DNA of 64,000 nucleotides. Source: Dehalococcoidia bacterium (GTDB lineage: Bacteria > Chloroflexota > Dehalococcoidia > Dehalococcoidales > Fen-1064). Of the stretch, positions 1 through 10,369 are shown piece after piece; positions within the stretch are counted from its first letter, which is position 1, and every line of letters begins with the position of its first letter. Both the position numbers and the translations under genes were made by a program. Under the pieces are notes generated by a model. It saw nothing but the letters and a program-made list of their open reading frames with translations, ran no database searches and was not told the origin of the DNA. The DNA lies in assembly GCA_011171075.1 (NCBI GenBank), contig DUFD01000044.1, positions 49,494-113,493 on the forward strand. The letters run 5' to 3'.

Positions 1-1
1 T

Positions 2-373
2 TCTGTGGCTGGCTCCAAAGGGGTGCTCTTCAATGTGGTTGGTGGTGATAGCCTGTCCTTGTTTGAGGTGAATGAGGCTGCCGATGTAATCAAGGCCTCG
101 GTAGACCCCGAAGCTAACATTATATTCGGCGTTGTCCATGACCCCGAAATGGAGAAAGAGATAAAGATAACGCTCATTGCCACCGGCTTTACCGCCAAAA
201 ACGACATAACCGGTGACAACAAAGAGGACGAAATCACGGAATTCCTAAAAGAGTGGAAGAGCGAAGACCAGCTTGATATTCCCGCTTTTCTACGCCGTCC
301 ACTTTATAACCAGCGACGTCTCTCCGTCCCCCCTAAGACCAGCAGCCCGTCGACACGTATGAAGATACGCTAA
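2..373 (+). CDS. ftsZ: Cell division protein FtsZ, C-terminal part (5' end outside window)
   Basis: ANIIFG..ITLIATGF core end and C-terminal peptide LDIPAFLRR. Confidence 0.96.
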   Translation, partial: SVAGSKGVLFNVVGGDSLSLFEVNEAADVIKASVDPEANIIFGVVHDPEMEKEIKITLIATGFTAKNDITGDNKEDEITEFLKEWKSEDQLDIPAFLRRPLYNQRRLSVPPKTSSPSTRMKIR

Positions 374-574
374 AGTCGACGGGTTGCTGGGCAGAATATC
401 AGTTCGGGCCGGGAGTGACCTAGCCCCCGGCCCGTTACTGAAAAACCGGAATATAACCGATGAACCGCCTTGATAAACAAGCGGTTCATCCGGCTTGTCT
501 TTATTTCTCCGCATTCCCTTTATCAGGCGTGAAAAATTAGTCATTTTTTGCCACATATTTTACCCTAAAAGTAC

Positions 575-603
575 TTGACACACACCATATATTGTGGTTT
601 AAT
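575..603 (+). promoter_or_regulatory. sigma70-type promoter of nrdR-nrdJ
   Basis: TTGACA (575-580), 17 bp, TTTAAT (598-603). Confidence 0.8.
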
Positions 604-628
604 GACAGTCTGCCCCCATATATGGGTA
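582..628 (+). promoter_or_regulatory. Tandem NrdR boxes
   Basis: ACACCATATATTGTGG (582-597) and CCCCCATATATGGGTA (613-628) fit acaCwAtATaTwGtg; starts 31 bp apart; directly upstream of nrdR-nrdJ. Confidence 0.9.
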
Positions 629-653
629 ATCGAAAAGGGTAAGCGCAGTTATT

Positions 654-1193
654 ATGGATTGTCCGTATTGTGGCTTTAATGACTCAAGGGTAATTGATTC
701 GCGGGACGTTGATGAAGGCATCCGCCGTCGTCGACAGTGCCTGAGGTGTGAATCGCGTTTCACCACCTATGAGCGTATTCAACCGGTTAATCTGTTTGTA
801 ATCAAGAAAGATAAACGTCGTGAGTTGTTTGACCGGCAGAAGGTATTAAACGGGATTCGTAAGGCCTGCGAAAAGAGGCCATTACCAGCTGATACGTTGG
901 ACAAAGTGACCGACGATATCGAGGCTGAGATTTATCATCTGGGGAAGGCAGAGGTTGACAGCAGGATGGTTGGCGATATGGTGATGAAACGCCTGAAAGA
1001 GCTGGACCACATTGCCTACATCCGTTTTGCCAGCGTGTATCGTGAGTTTGCTGATATCACAGCCTTGAAAGAAGAGGTGGATACCCTGCTCAGCAATAAA
1101 GAAATAGAGGGGCCGTCAATTGCCCAGCTACCTCTTCTGCCGGATGCCGAACCGGCACTGGTAACCGGCAGACGCCGGAGGAATCGGAAGTGA
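654..1193 (+). CDS. nrdR: Transcriptional repressor NrdR
   Basis: CPYC..SRVIDSR..IRRRRQC..C..RFTTYE Zn ribbon, ATP cone, AYIRFASVYREF. Confidence 0.98.
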   Translation: MDCPYCGFNDSRVIDSRDVDEGIRRRRQCLRCESRFTTYERIQPVNLFVIKKDKRRELFDRQKVLNGIRKACEKRPLPADTLDKVTDDIEAEIYHLGKAEVDSRMVGDMVMKRLKELDHIAYIRFASVYREFADITALKEEVDTLLSNKEIEGPSIAQLPLLPDAEPALVTGRRRRNRK

Positions 1194-3793
1194 GTACATC
1201 GGACGAGAAAGGGCGCCAGAAGATAAGCCAGCTGAGCAGTACTCAGATTGCACGGGCTACATTTGCCGCTGCCGAGAGCATGGGTATATCCGACAGGAAG
1301 CGGATTGAGCAACTGACACGGCAGGTAATCGAGCGACTGGAGCAAAAGAGGACAGTTATCAGTTCGGGGTATATGGGCCCGGCTCAACCGCTGCCCGGTA
1401 TGGAAGACCTGATGCCCAAGTATTACCGTCAGCGGAAGCACCTGACCAGTGAGTCCGAAATCCTGGCGCTGGTAAAGGAGTTTCTAGATGCCGGAGAACC
1501 GGCGCAGACGGAGGAGGTCAAGTCAACAGTGAAGGTTAGAAAAAACGTAAACGTCGAACGACCGCCGGTTTCTGGCATACAGCTTACAGAAAACGCGCTT
1601 CGTGTTTTAGAGAAGAGGTATCTTAGCAAAGACAGAACGGGGCAGGTCATCGAAAAACCCGAGGAACTGTTCCGACGGGTGGCACGGGCTATCGCAGGGG
1701 CTGAGGCTAATTATGGCAGCAATGTCGATGTCGAAAAATGGGAAGCCGAGTTTTATCGGATGATGACCAGCCTGGAATTTTTACCCAACTCACCGACACT
1801 GATGAACGCTGGTCGCGAGCTGGGGCAGCTGTCCGCCTGCTTCGTGCTGCCGGTAGAGGACTCGATGGAGTCCATCTTTGACGCCGTGAAGAATACTGCC
1901 CTTATTCACAAGAGCGGCGGCGGTACTGGTTTTTCCTTCTCCCGGCTCAGGCCGGCAACCGACCGCGTTGGCTCTACCGGCGGTGTCGCCAGTGGTCCGG
2001 TGTCCTTTATGAGGGCCTTCGACACAGCTACCGACGTCATCAAGCAGGGAGGAATGCGACGCGGGGCGAACATGGCCATCTTGAGGGTCGACCACCCCGA
2101 TATAGAGCTGTTTATCAGGGCCAAGGACAACCCCACGGCTTTCACAAATTTCAATCTCTCCGTGGCCGTTACCAATGAGTTCATGGATGCTGTCAAGAGC
2201 GGGAGCGATTATGACCTGATAAATCCCCGGACGGGCGAGGTTGCAGGAAAGCGTAATGCCAGGGAGATATTTGACATAATAGTGGCCAATGCCTGGAAGA
2301 CGGGCGACCCCGGTGTGGTCTTTATTGACCGGATAAACCAGTATAACCCGACGCCGCAGTTGGGAAAGATTGAAAGCACCAATCCCTGTGGCGAGCAGCC
2401 GTTGCTGCCTTACGAATCATGTAATCTAGGTTCCATCAACCTGGCGAAGATGATTAAGTTTATTGATGATAAGGCAGAGATTGACTATCCACGGCTGGCT
2501 GAGACTGTCAGGATGGCGGTTCGCTTCCTCGATGACGTTATTGATGTAAACCAGTTCCCGATACCGGAGATAGAAAAGATGACCAGGAGCTCCCGGAAGA
2601 TAGGACTGGGGGTGATGGGATTCGCCGATATGATGATTCAGCTTGGTCTGCCGTACGATTCCGAGGAAGCGTTGCAGGTTGCTTCGGAGGTGATGCGTTT
2701 TCTGAGTGAGGAGTCGGACCGGGCTTCAGTCGAGCTGGCAGAAGAGCGTGGGGTATTCCCTGCCTTCGAGGGCAGTATCTATGATGCCCCGGGTGCTCCC
2801 AGGGTAAGGAACGCATCACGCACTACCATTGCGCCAACCGGTACCCTGTCGATAATTGCCGGTTGTTCCAGCGGGATTGAGCCACTTTTTGCCCTGAGCT
2901 ATGTCCGCAATATCCTGGACGGTGCTCACATGGTGGAGGTGAACCCTTACTTTGAGGAGGCGGTTAAAGACGAGGGCTTCTATTCTGAGGAGCTTATGGA
3001 GAAATTGGCTACCGGCATACGGCTTCACACTATTGAGGGTATTCCTGATGACGTCAAGCGGCTGTTCGTGACGGCGCACGAGGTAAGCCCGGAGTGGCAC
3101 GTGCGGATGCAGGCTGCCTTCCAGGACTACACTGATAACGCCGTGTCGAAGACGGTCAACTTCCCTCGCGAGGCCACTAAAGAGGATATCGCCAATGTTT
3201 ATCTCATGGCCTATGAGAAAGGTCTGAAAGGGATAACCATTTACCGCGATGGCAGCCGTGAGGGGCAGCCGATGAGCACCGGTGCTTCGGAAAAGACAGA
3301 GGGCGTAACGATTGCTCCGCGTAAGCGGGTGAAAACGACCACCGGGGTTACAGAACGGGTGAATACAGGCTGTGGTTCGCTGTATGTGACGGTCAATTAC
3401 GATGACCACGGCATCTGCGAGGTCTTTGCCACCCTCGGTAAATCAGGCGGGTGTGCTTCTGCCCAGCTTGAGGCTATCTGTCGGCTTATTACATTAGCAT
3501 TCCGATCTGGGGTGGATGGCGGGGCGGTAATCAAGCATCTCCGTGGTATCCGCTGCCCATCTATTGCCTGGGAAGAGGGTAAATCGGTGCTTTCCTGCGC
3601 TGATGCCATTGCCGGCGTTCTCGAAAAGCACGTGGAACACGGGAAGGATGATGAGGACAGTGAGACCGAGGCGGTGGTACAGGACTACGGGTTGATACGG
3701 AACATTGCCGGACAGTGTCCCGACTGCGGTGGCCTGCTGGCCTATGAAGAGGGCTGCTTTAAATGCCCGGGGTGTGGATATACGAAGTGTTAG
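1190..3793 (+). CDS. nrdJ: Class II (adenosylcobalamin-dependent) ribonucleotide reductase with C-terminal TSCPD/Zn-ribbon domain
   Basis: PNSPTLMNAG, QLSACFV, TNPCGEQ, TIAPTGT, KGITIYRDGSR, terminal CPDC..CPGCGYTKC; no nrdB nearby. Confidence 0.95.
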   Translation: MSTSDEKGRQKISQLSSTQIARATFAAAESMGISDRKRIEQLTRQVIERLEQKRTVISSGYMGPAQPLPGMEDLMPKYYRQRKHLTSESEILALVKEFLDAGEPAQTEEVKSTVKVRKNVNVERPPVSGIQLTENALRVLEKRYLSKDRTGQVIEKPEELFRRVARAIAGAEANYGSNVDVEKWEAEFYRMMTSLEFLPNSPTLMNAGRELGQLSACFVLPVEDSMESIFDAVKNTALIHKSGGGTGFSFSRLRPATDRVGSTGGVASGPVSFMRAFDTATDVIKQGGMRRGANMAILRVDHPDIELFIRAKDNPTAFTNFNLSVAVTNEFMDAVKSGSDYDLINPRTGEVAGKRNAREIFDIIVANAWKTGDPGVVFIDRINQYNPTPQLGKIESTNPCGEQPLLPYESCNLGSINLAKMIKFIDDKAEIDYPRLAETVRMAVRFLDDVIDVNQFPIPEIEKMTRSSRKIGLGVMGFADMMIQLGLPYDSEEALQVASEVMRFLSEESDRASVELAEERGVFPAFEGSIYDAPGAPRVRNASRTTIAPTGTLSIIAGCSSGIEPLFALSYVRNILDGAHMVEVNPYFEEAVKDEGFYSEELMEKLATGIRLHTIEGIPDDVKRLFVTAHEVSPEWHVRMQAAFQDYTDNAVSKTVNFPREATKEDIANVYLMAYEKGLKGITIYRDGSREGQPMSTGASEKTEGVTIAPRKRVKTTTGVTERVNTGCGSLYVTVNYDDHGICEVFATLGKSGGCASAQLEAICRLITLAFRSGVDGGAVIKHLRGIRCPSIAWEEGKSVLSCADAIAGVLEKHVEHGKDDEDSETEAVVQDYGLIRNIAGQCPDCGGLLAYEEGCFKCPGCGYTKC

Positions 3794-3803
3794 CGGGAGT
3801 TCC

Positions 3804-4166
3804 TTACACCTCCTCACCCACCACAAAAGCAATCGCGTAATCTCTTGAGTGAGAAAGACTGATGGCCAGCCCTTTCAACCCCAAATCGCTGGCCTTTTCT
3901 TGCGCCCGGCCATAGAGATTGACCAGTGGTTTGCCACTCGGTTCGTGCAGTATCTCAATGTCCTTCCAGCCGATGCCACGCATGCCTGTCCCCAGGGCTT
4001 TCACCACCGCCTCCTTACCGGCAAAGCGAACGGCCAGTGATTCTGCCTTCCTGTAAAGCCCAACCTCGGTATCGGTATATACCCGGTACAGGAATCTCTC
4101 TCCCCACCTTGCGACGGCTCTCTGGATGCGGTCTATCTCTATGATATCTACACCGATATATTGCAT
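3804..4166 (-). CDS. acpS: Holo-[acyl-carrier-protein] synthase
   Basis: IGVDIIEI, RFAGKEAVVKALGTG, SGKP, ISLSH. Confidence 0.96.
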   Translation of the reverse strand: MQYIGVDIIEIDRIQRAVARWGERFLYRVYTDTEVGLYRKAESLAVRFAGKEAVVKALGTGMRGIGWKDIEILHEPSGKPLVNLYGRAQEKASDLGLKGLAISLSHSRDYAIAFVVGEEV

Positions 4167-4269
4167 CTTCTACACTTGCCAGCTGTCAGGTCGATTACTA
4201 TATTTTAGCATGCAGTGAAACCGATTGTTACCAGCGTGCTAATGGCATTCCTGATTTGCGGGGAACAGT

Positions 4270-4824
4270 TTATTCCTCTTCCTCAAGTAGGTAAGGTGGT
4301 ACCAGGACAAGGTTCTCGACTACGTTATGCCAGCTATAGTCGATGGTGTATACGTCGTTGGAATCTGCCAGACGGAGATAGTAGGCGCTGCCACCCGGGA
4401 CTGCATTACCAAGCTCAACTCTAATAATTTCTTCGTCTTCCTTGGTAAGAGTCAACCTTATTTTTGGCGGAATAAGGCCGAAGTTCTCAAGTTGTTCCTC
4501 GGTGGCGTCTTCGGCAATTTGTCTCTCCATGTATGGACCGCTGAGGATAAAAGGAACGCCTCCTCCCCACCTATCCGGGTCAACCTGAACGCCAGACTCG
4601 TTGTCGAAATACCATTGCCTGTCCTCGTGCTTGACGAACGACTCACTCATTTCCAGTTCGGGTAGTTCTATTGAGATGTGCTTCAACTCATTCATATTGA
4701 ACTCCCAGAGGCGTTCTCTCGGTTCTACAACCGGCGGGGACTCTTCGTCAGGTCGGGTGACGAAGTAAACGGCTGCCGCAACAGCCAGGACGGCAATCAG
4801 TAGCAGAATATTACTCAGTTTCAA
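4270..4824 (-). CDS. Membrane-anchored DUF4340-like protein
   Basis: N-terminal TM helix, LENFGL..P motif, position after GldG-like gene. Confidence 0.7.
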   Translation of the reverse strand: MKLSNILLLIAVLAVAAAVYFVTRPDEESPPVVEPRERLWEFNMNELKHISIELPELEMSESFVKHEDRQWYFDNESGVQVDPDRWGGGVPFILSGPYMERQIAEDATEEQLENFGLIPPKIRLTLTKEDEEIIRVELGNAVPGGSAYYLRLADSNDVYTIDYSWHNVVENLVLVPPYLLEEEE

Positions 4825-4858
4825 GCGCCTGCTCCGCTATAGAAGGTCTTGTTACAAA

Positions 4859-6454
4859 CTACCTTCGTCGCCACCAGACAATTACCCCGGCTACCAGCAG
4901 TAATAATGGCAACAGCCCGATGCTGGAGATGGTGATAAATCTGGATTCACCTGCACTGATGAGGAACCGGCGGGCTTGCAGTATCTTGCGGTCGATTGAA
5001 ATTAGCTCAGTTCCAAAAGTAAGCCATTCTATCGAATTGAGAAAAAGGTCGCTATTATTGCCGTTCAATAAGTGCTTGTTAGTGGCGAAGTCGGAATCAC
5101 CTATAACCAGCAAGCGGGGACCGTACGGTACGGGGGTGTGTGTCCCTTCGGAGGTGTCGATTCGAACGGCAGTGACGAAATAGCCAAGGTTGAGTGGTCC
5201 CTTGATATCGACATCCTCATCAAACTCCGGGTCAACGCTGGAACCGGAGTTCTCGAGCCAGCTTTCCTGGCTTGTTACGGCCAGTGAGACAAGCATTATG
5301 TTCTTATCCTCGCCTAACCATACATAGTGTGGTTCTTCCTCAGTTCCCAGGTTGGCGCGCACGTATCCCTCAAGGGGAGTGCTAATACAGGTGGCACCGG
5401 GGAAATAAATAGCCGTAAATTCGAAATAGTTACGGAGACTCGGCACAAGGGGGCTGTCTCTGCTTGGTGCGGCAAACGAGTTCCCGCTCTCCCAGATAAA
5501 TCCCTGTTCTACCTTCAGTCCCCAGGGTTGCAGCAGTCGGTCAAAGCCTTCCGGCGAATCAGGATTGACCAGAATTATGAGACGTCCGTCACGGTCCAGG
5601 TAGTCCTGAACGATGTCTATCTCGGCATCACTCAAGCGTTCCTGTGGTGCGGCTATTATCAGTACGGCTGCGTCATCGGGCACGGTACCACTGGCAAGGA
5701 GCTCAATTGTTGCAGTCTTATAGAGATTATCGCGCAGACCTTGGTTAGCGGTGCTGTAACCAGTGGCCGCTGTGCTGTATATATCAACCTCACCGTGGCC
5801 GGTAGTGAAATAGGCCACTTTCTGGACAGTTCCTGTGACCTCGAGGATGGCGCTGGTGAAGGCGTGCTCAGCCTCGAGTAGAATATAGATAGGGTATACC
5901 AGGCGTTCTCCGTACTCACCTACAAACACGACGGATTGGTACTGTTGGACGTTATATTTTCTTGCCTCCTCTGGATGCTCTTCGGGGTCTATTTCCCTCA
6001 CATTCAGCTTGTCAGTGTAGATTGCGTATTTGTCGAGCAGGCTGGTAGCGTAAGTGGCACAGCCATACGGGTCATCGGGCACGAAGAACTTGATAACCTC
6101 GACCTCCTGGTCGAGATTGGCAAGAGCCTCTTTTGTCTGGGATGTCAGGACATACTGCGATAGGCCGGTGACATCCCATTGCTGGTAGTTTGCGTAACTG
6201 ATGGCATTGACCAGGAGGATAATGCCGATAAATACAGAGACCATGACGGTGGCGCCTGTGCCGAACCTGCCCTGTCGGCTGATGATGACTTTACCGACTC
6301 GCCGGTAATCAACAATGAGGGCAAGTAATATTAATACTGCTCCCAGGGCGATGATACCCCACGAAACAGAACGGAGTTCAGGCAGGATAAAGGTTAGTAT
6401 CCAGCCGATAAACAGGCTGGCCAGTCCGAGTAGTGCGATTAGTCCGGTCTGCAT
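4859..6454 (-). CDS. GldG-like ABC transporter auxiliary component
   Basis: N-terminal TMs, DVT..Y.LT..T, YFTTGHGE, LLVIGDSDF..N..LFLN.IEWL, C-terminal TM ending WWRRR. Confidence 0.85.
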   Translation of the reverse strand: MQTGLIALLGLASLFIGWILTFILPELRSVSWGIIALGAVLILLALIVDYRRVGKVIISRQGRFGTGATVMVSVFIGIILLVNAISYANYQQWDVTGLSQYVLTSQTKEALANLDQEVEVIKFFVPDDPYGCATYATSLLDKYAIYTDKLNVREIDPEEHPEEARKYNVQQYQSVVFVGEYGERLVYPIYILLEAEHAFTSAILEVTGTVQKVAYFTTGHGEVDIYSTAATGYSTANQGLRDNLYKTATIELLASGTVPDDAAVLIIAAPQERLSDAEIDIVQDYLDRDGRLIILVNPDSPEGFDRLLQPWGLKVEQGFIWESGNSFAAPSRDSPLVPSLRNYFEFTAIYFPGATCISTPLEGYVRANLGTEEEPHYVWLGEDKNIMLVSLAVTSQESWLENSGSSVDPEFDEDVDIKGPLNLGYFVTAVRIDTSEGTHTPVPYGPRLLVIGDSDFATNKHLLNGNNSDLFLNSIEWLTFGTELISIDRKILQARRFLISAGESRFITISSIGLLPLLLLVAGVIVWWRRR

Positions 6455-7174
6455 TTAGCTCCACCTGCTGGTCTCGATAGACCTTATCGTCAGGAAAAGG
6501 AAGAGGGCGGTGACACTTAGATAGTAGATAATTACCCTGGTGTCAATTATGCCTGATATAAAAGCTGGAAAGTGAGAAGATAGGGAAATGTACGACAGGA
6601 TATCACCGACTGCGCTGCCCATAGCATCCCCGGCCATGCCGATGAAATAGAGGATGGCCAGCACCCCACCGGCAATAACGGCGGCCACTATCTGGTTGGA
6701 TGTAACCGATGAGGCGAATAGTCCGATAGATAGCGAGGTCGCGCCGAGAAGAAAAAGGCCAAGATAGCTGGTGAGAATAGGCCCGGTATCAGGGTCACCG
6801 AATATCCAGAGAAGTAGCGGAAAGTAAAGGGTTAGTGCCAGCATGGAGACGAGCATACCGAGGCTTCCGAGGAACTTTCCCAGGACTATCTCAGTATCCC
6901 TGACGGGGGCGGTAAGCAGCAACTCCCAGGTGCCAAGCTTTTTCTCCTCGGCAATAAGGCGCATTGCCAGTATTGCCGCAAACAGCATCAGTACAAGGTT
7001 GCCCCATATGTCCAGGTATCCGGCGATGGTTGTGTCCGAATAATCAATATCGTTGAGATACCAAATAAAAAGGGCTCCTATCAGTACTAGGAAGACACAG
7101 GCTACAATGTAGGCCATGGGAGATGTCAGGTATGCCCTGAATTCGCGGCGAGCGATGAGCATCGTGTTCTTCAC
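6455..7174 (-). CDS. ABC-2 type permease (GldF-like)
   Basis: AMRLIAEEKKLGTWELLLTAPV..IVLGKF; about 6 TMs. Confidence 0.9.
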   Translation of the reverse strand: MKNTMLIARREFRAYLTSPMAYIVACVFLVLIGALFIWYLNDIDYSDTTIAGYLDIWGNLVLMLFAAILAMRLIAEEKKLGTWELLLTAPVRDTEIVLGKFLGSLGMLVSMLALTLYFPLLLWIFGDPDTGPILTSYLGLFLLGATSLSIGLFASSVTSNQIVAAVIAGGVLAILYFIGMAGDAMGSAVGDILSYISLSSHFPAFISGIIDTRVIIYYLSVTALFLFLTIRSIETSRWS

Positions 7175-8115
7175 TCTTCAAGCTCCTCGTCATCGGATTC
7201 TTCTTCGGTTGTTAGTTCAAGGAAGATATCCTCCAGGCTCATGTCCACTGTAGCCATGGAAAGTATCGTCCATCCCCCCTGAACGATGGCAGTCATGAGG
7301 CTGCTGCGGAGATCCTGTTCTGCCGGGCATTCCACCAGATGGTACGGCTCCTGGTATTGTACCCTGAGGACTCCAGGTACCTGTTGGAGCTTTATTGTAA
7401 CGGCTTCATGAGGCCCCTGTACTTCCAGTCGAACGTTTTTGGAATTCCTTAAAATGGTGGAGAGGTTTTCAATCCTGTCCTCGGCGACAATCCTCCCTTC
7501 ATGGATGATAACTACCCGGTCGCAGACCATGCTGACTTCCGGCAGGATGTGGCTGGAGATGAGAATAGTATGCTCTTCACCCAGGTCCTTGATAAGCTGT
7601 CTGGTCTGAGCTACCTGAATGGGGTCAATACCAAGGGTCGGCTCATCCAGAATCATCACTTCCGGCTCATGGATGATTGCCTGAGCGACACCGACGCGTT
7701 GTCTGAAGCCCCTTGATAATTTGCCAATGAGCACATCTATGTAATCTTCGAGGTGGCAGAGTTCTACGACGTCGTCAATTCTATTTTTGATTTCGTACTT
7801 GTCCAGTCCCCTGAGCCTGCCGGCAAACTCCAGATACGAGCGGACGGTGACATCAGTGTAGAGCGGGATTGCCTCCGGAAGATATCCGATGTGCTGACGT
7901 CCCTCCAGGGAGTTGGTTACCATATTGCAGTCGGCCACCCAGGCATTACCATTGGTGGGCATCAAGAATCCCGTGAGGATGCGCATCGTAGTTGTTTTGC
8001 CAGCGCCGTTAGGTCCAAGGAGGCCAACAATCTCCCCCTTGGCCACATTGAAACTGATATCATCTACCGCGAGGCGTTCCCCGTAGTATTTGGTGAGGTT
8101 TTGAACCCTTATCAC
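7171..8115 (-). CDS. ABC transporter ATP-binding protein (GldA-like)
   Basis: GPNGAGKTT, LSRGFRQR, ILDEPT, SSHIL; start reset to GTG 8115 to avoid overlap with the upstream gene. Confidence 0.92.
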   Translation of the reverse strand: MIRVQNLTKYYGERLAVDDISFNVAKGEIVGLLGPNGAGKTTTMRILTGFLMPTNGNAWVADCNMVTNSLEGRQHIGYLPEAIPLYTDVTVRSYLEFAGRLRGLDKYEIKNRIDDVVELCHLEDYIDVLIGKLSRGFRQRVGVAQAIIHEPEVMILDEPTLGIDPIQVAQTRQLIKDLGEEHTILISSHILPEVSMVCDRVVIIHEGRIVAEDRIENLSTILRNSKNVRLEVQGPHEAVTIKLQQVPGVLRVQYQEPYHLVECPAEQDLRSSLMTAIVQGGWTILSMATVDMSLEDIFLELTTEEESDDEELEE

Positions 8116-8168
8116 TCCCTGCTGTCCACCTTGTTCACCAGAATTGGTAGTAATTAGACCGTTCTTGA

Positions 8169-9161
8169 TTATCGTTTTGATAGTTGCAGGTCTATCCACT
8201 TCAGGGTGTATGAATCAAGGACACCGCCGTCAAGACTGAGAAAATCATAGTCAACCGTAACCCATTCAACATCCAGCCAGGCATCGAATATTCCACCCTT
8301 AATTACTTCAAGTTTCTGTTCTTCTATTTCACGGGTCTGCTTTTCTGTGACCATACAAACGGCATAGATTTCATTCTCATCGTCTATGCCAATTATTGGA
8401 CTGACCTGGTCAATATCAAGGGTGAAAGCCCAGTATTCGACATTTAGGTGAAGGCCGCCGCCCCTGGGCCACCAGCCTGTATCGCCTCCCTGCTCTGCAG
8501 ACTCCTCGTCAATCGATAGCTCCCGGGCCAGCTCCGAGAAATCTTCGCCGTCTTCGAGTCTGGCTATGGCAGCCTCTGTCTCTTCAACCGAGGTCAAAAC
8601 GATAATATACAGGTGAACATGCTCGGTTACTGTCGGTAGCCTGTCAATCAAAAGCTCGTTCAATCTCTCTGCCAGCATGTGTGTACTTACCCACTCACGG
8701 TATTCAGCATCTGAAAGCATAGTTTCGTTCAGTGCATTTCGGTACCATACCTTGAATTCACTCTCAGAGATGGTCTCATTCTCACCGCGGGCAATGTCCC
8801 TGAGTACCTCATCGACTTCTTCTGGGGTGACCTCGATTCCGTAGCGGGCTGCGCCCTGCCGGGTGAATTCCTCTTCAGTAAGGGCCTCGAGCATGGCTTC
8901 GATATTATCAGTTCTATCGACATACTTCATCCTCCGGATAAAGTAGTCCATGCTGATAGTCTCGTCGTTTACCCTGATGATGGGACTCCATAGGTCCTGC
9001 CAGACGAAGAAGTAAATACCCAGAACGACAATGGTGGCGATAACGACCATAAAGACCACGGCTATGATAATCGCGTTTCTTATGCCTATTGGTCTTTTTC
9101 TCTCCGGTTTTGGCTCCGGAGTTCTCGTTATTGCCCGTCTGGAGGGTGGTCTTCTGGCCAA
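8169..9161 (-). CDS. Membrane-anchored SurA/PrsA-like parvulin PPIase
   Basis: Basic N-terminus + TM, SurA-N region, GEDFSELARELS.D..SAEQGGD.GW. Confidence 0.85.
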   Translation of the reverse strand: MARRPPSRRAITRTPEPKPERKRPIGIRNAIIIAVVFMVVIATIVVLGIYFFVWQDLWSPIIRVNDETISMDYFIRRMKYVDRTDNIEAMLEALTEEEFTRQGAARYGIEVTPEEVDEVLRDIARGENETISESEFKVWYRNALNETMLSDAEYREWVSTHMLAERLNELLIDRLPTVTEHVHLYIIVLTSVEETEAAIARLEDGEDFSELARELSIDEESAEQGGDTGWWPRGGGLHLNVEYWAFTLDIDQVSPIIGIDDENEIYAVCMVTEKQTREIEEQKLEVIKGGIFDAWLDVEWVTVDYDFLSLDGGVLDSYTLKWIDLQLSKR

Positions 9162-9363
9162 TTTAATATGCCTTATGATGGATTGATTCAGCAGGCTACG
9201 AGCTTGCCTGATGATGTGAGGTCCCTATCTATACTAGTGTGAAATGATGACCCTGAAGAAGCATCTATATTGTTGCATAAAGCTGTTAAGAAATTATTAA
9301 GATTACATTCAGCTGTCTTGGATATCTGGATGGCACTCGGCTGACAGTCCGGAATACCGGATT

Positions 9364-10344
9364 CTACTTGACCAGATGACATGCTACCCAGTGCTCCCCG
9401 CCCATGTTCCTCAGTTCTGGTAGCTCTGTCTTACAGATATCAATTGCCTGCTGGCATCTGGGGTGGAAGTTGCAGCCTGGGGGAGGCATAATTGGGCTGG
9501 GTACATCACCGGTCAGGATAATCCTTTCCCGCGTGCGGTCTACAACCGGGTCGGGTATTGGCACAGCTGAAAGCAGGGCTATTGTGTACGGATGTAATGG
9601 GTTGGCGTAAAGCTCATCACTGTCTGTGATTTCTACGATTTTGCCCAGGTACATCACGGCTACCCGGTCACTGATATTACGGACCACCGAGAGGTCATGA
9701 GCGATAAACAGGTAGGTGAGTGATAGCTCTTCGCGGAGCCTTTCTAAGAGTGTGATAATCTGTGCCTGAATGGAAACATCCAGTGCCGAGACAGGCTCGT
9801 CGCAGACAATAAAACTGGGTCTCACCGATAAGGCCCTGGCGATACCGATGCGTTGCCGCTGGCCACCGCTGAATTCATGAGGAAAACGGTCCATCATGAA
9901 CGGCTCCAGTTCCACCATCCGGAACAACTCGGCTACCTGGTCCCTGTATTCCTGGCCCTTGGCCAAATTATGGACCTTAATTGGCTCTCCGATGATATCG
10001 CCGGCGCTCATGCGCGGGTCTAACGATGCGAACGGGTCCTGAAATATCAGCTGCATGTTCCGTCGCATTCTTCTCATCTGTTCAGGTTTCAGCTGTGAAA
10101 GGTTCACGCCATCGAAGAAGATGTCACCTCGTATGCCGTCGTAGAGCTGGAGGATACATCGCCCCGTGGTGGTCTTGCCACAGCCACTTTCGCCTACCAG
10201 GCCGAGGGTTTCGCCTCTCTTTATGTAGAAGCTAATACCGTCAACCGCCTTTATATCGGCTATTTTTTTCTGCAATACACCAGCTGTAACCGGGAAGTGC
10301 ATGTACAGGTTTTCTACATCAATCAGGTGCTCACCATTGCTCAT
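9364..10344 (-). CDS. Oligo/dipeptide ABC transporter ATPase (OppF/DppF-like)
   Basis: [38 protein letters not shown]. Confidence 0.93.
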   Translation of the reverse strand: MSNGEHLIDVENLYMHFPVTAGVLQKKIADIKAVDGISFYIKRGETLGLVGESGCGKTTTGRCILQLYDGIRGDIFFDGVNLSQLKPEQMRRMRRNMQLIFQDPFASLDPRMSAGDIIGEPIKVHNLAKGQEYRDQVAELFRMVELEPFMMDRFPHEFSGGQRQRIGIARALSVRPSFIVCDEPVSALDVSIQAQIITLLERLREELSLTYLFIAHDLSVVRNISDRVAVMYLGKIVEITDSDELYANPLHPYTIALLSAVPIPDPVVDRTRERIILTGDVPSPIMPPPGCNFHPRCQQAIDICKTELPELRNMGGEHWVACHLVK

Positions 10345-10369
10345 TGTTGGAAAACCCTCTCTTGTCCTT

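Noticed and set aside
374-653. Cobalamin riboswitch upstream of nrdJ
   Set aside because: No B12-box seen; the predicted leader is only about 45 nt and NrdR boxes explain control
9100-9161. SRR as a Tat signal in the parvulin protein
   Set aside because: Lacks the FL consensus and is far from the hydrophobic segment
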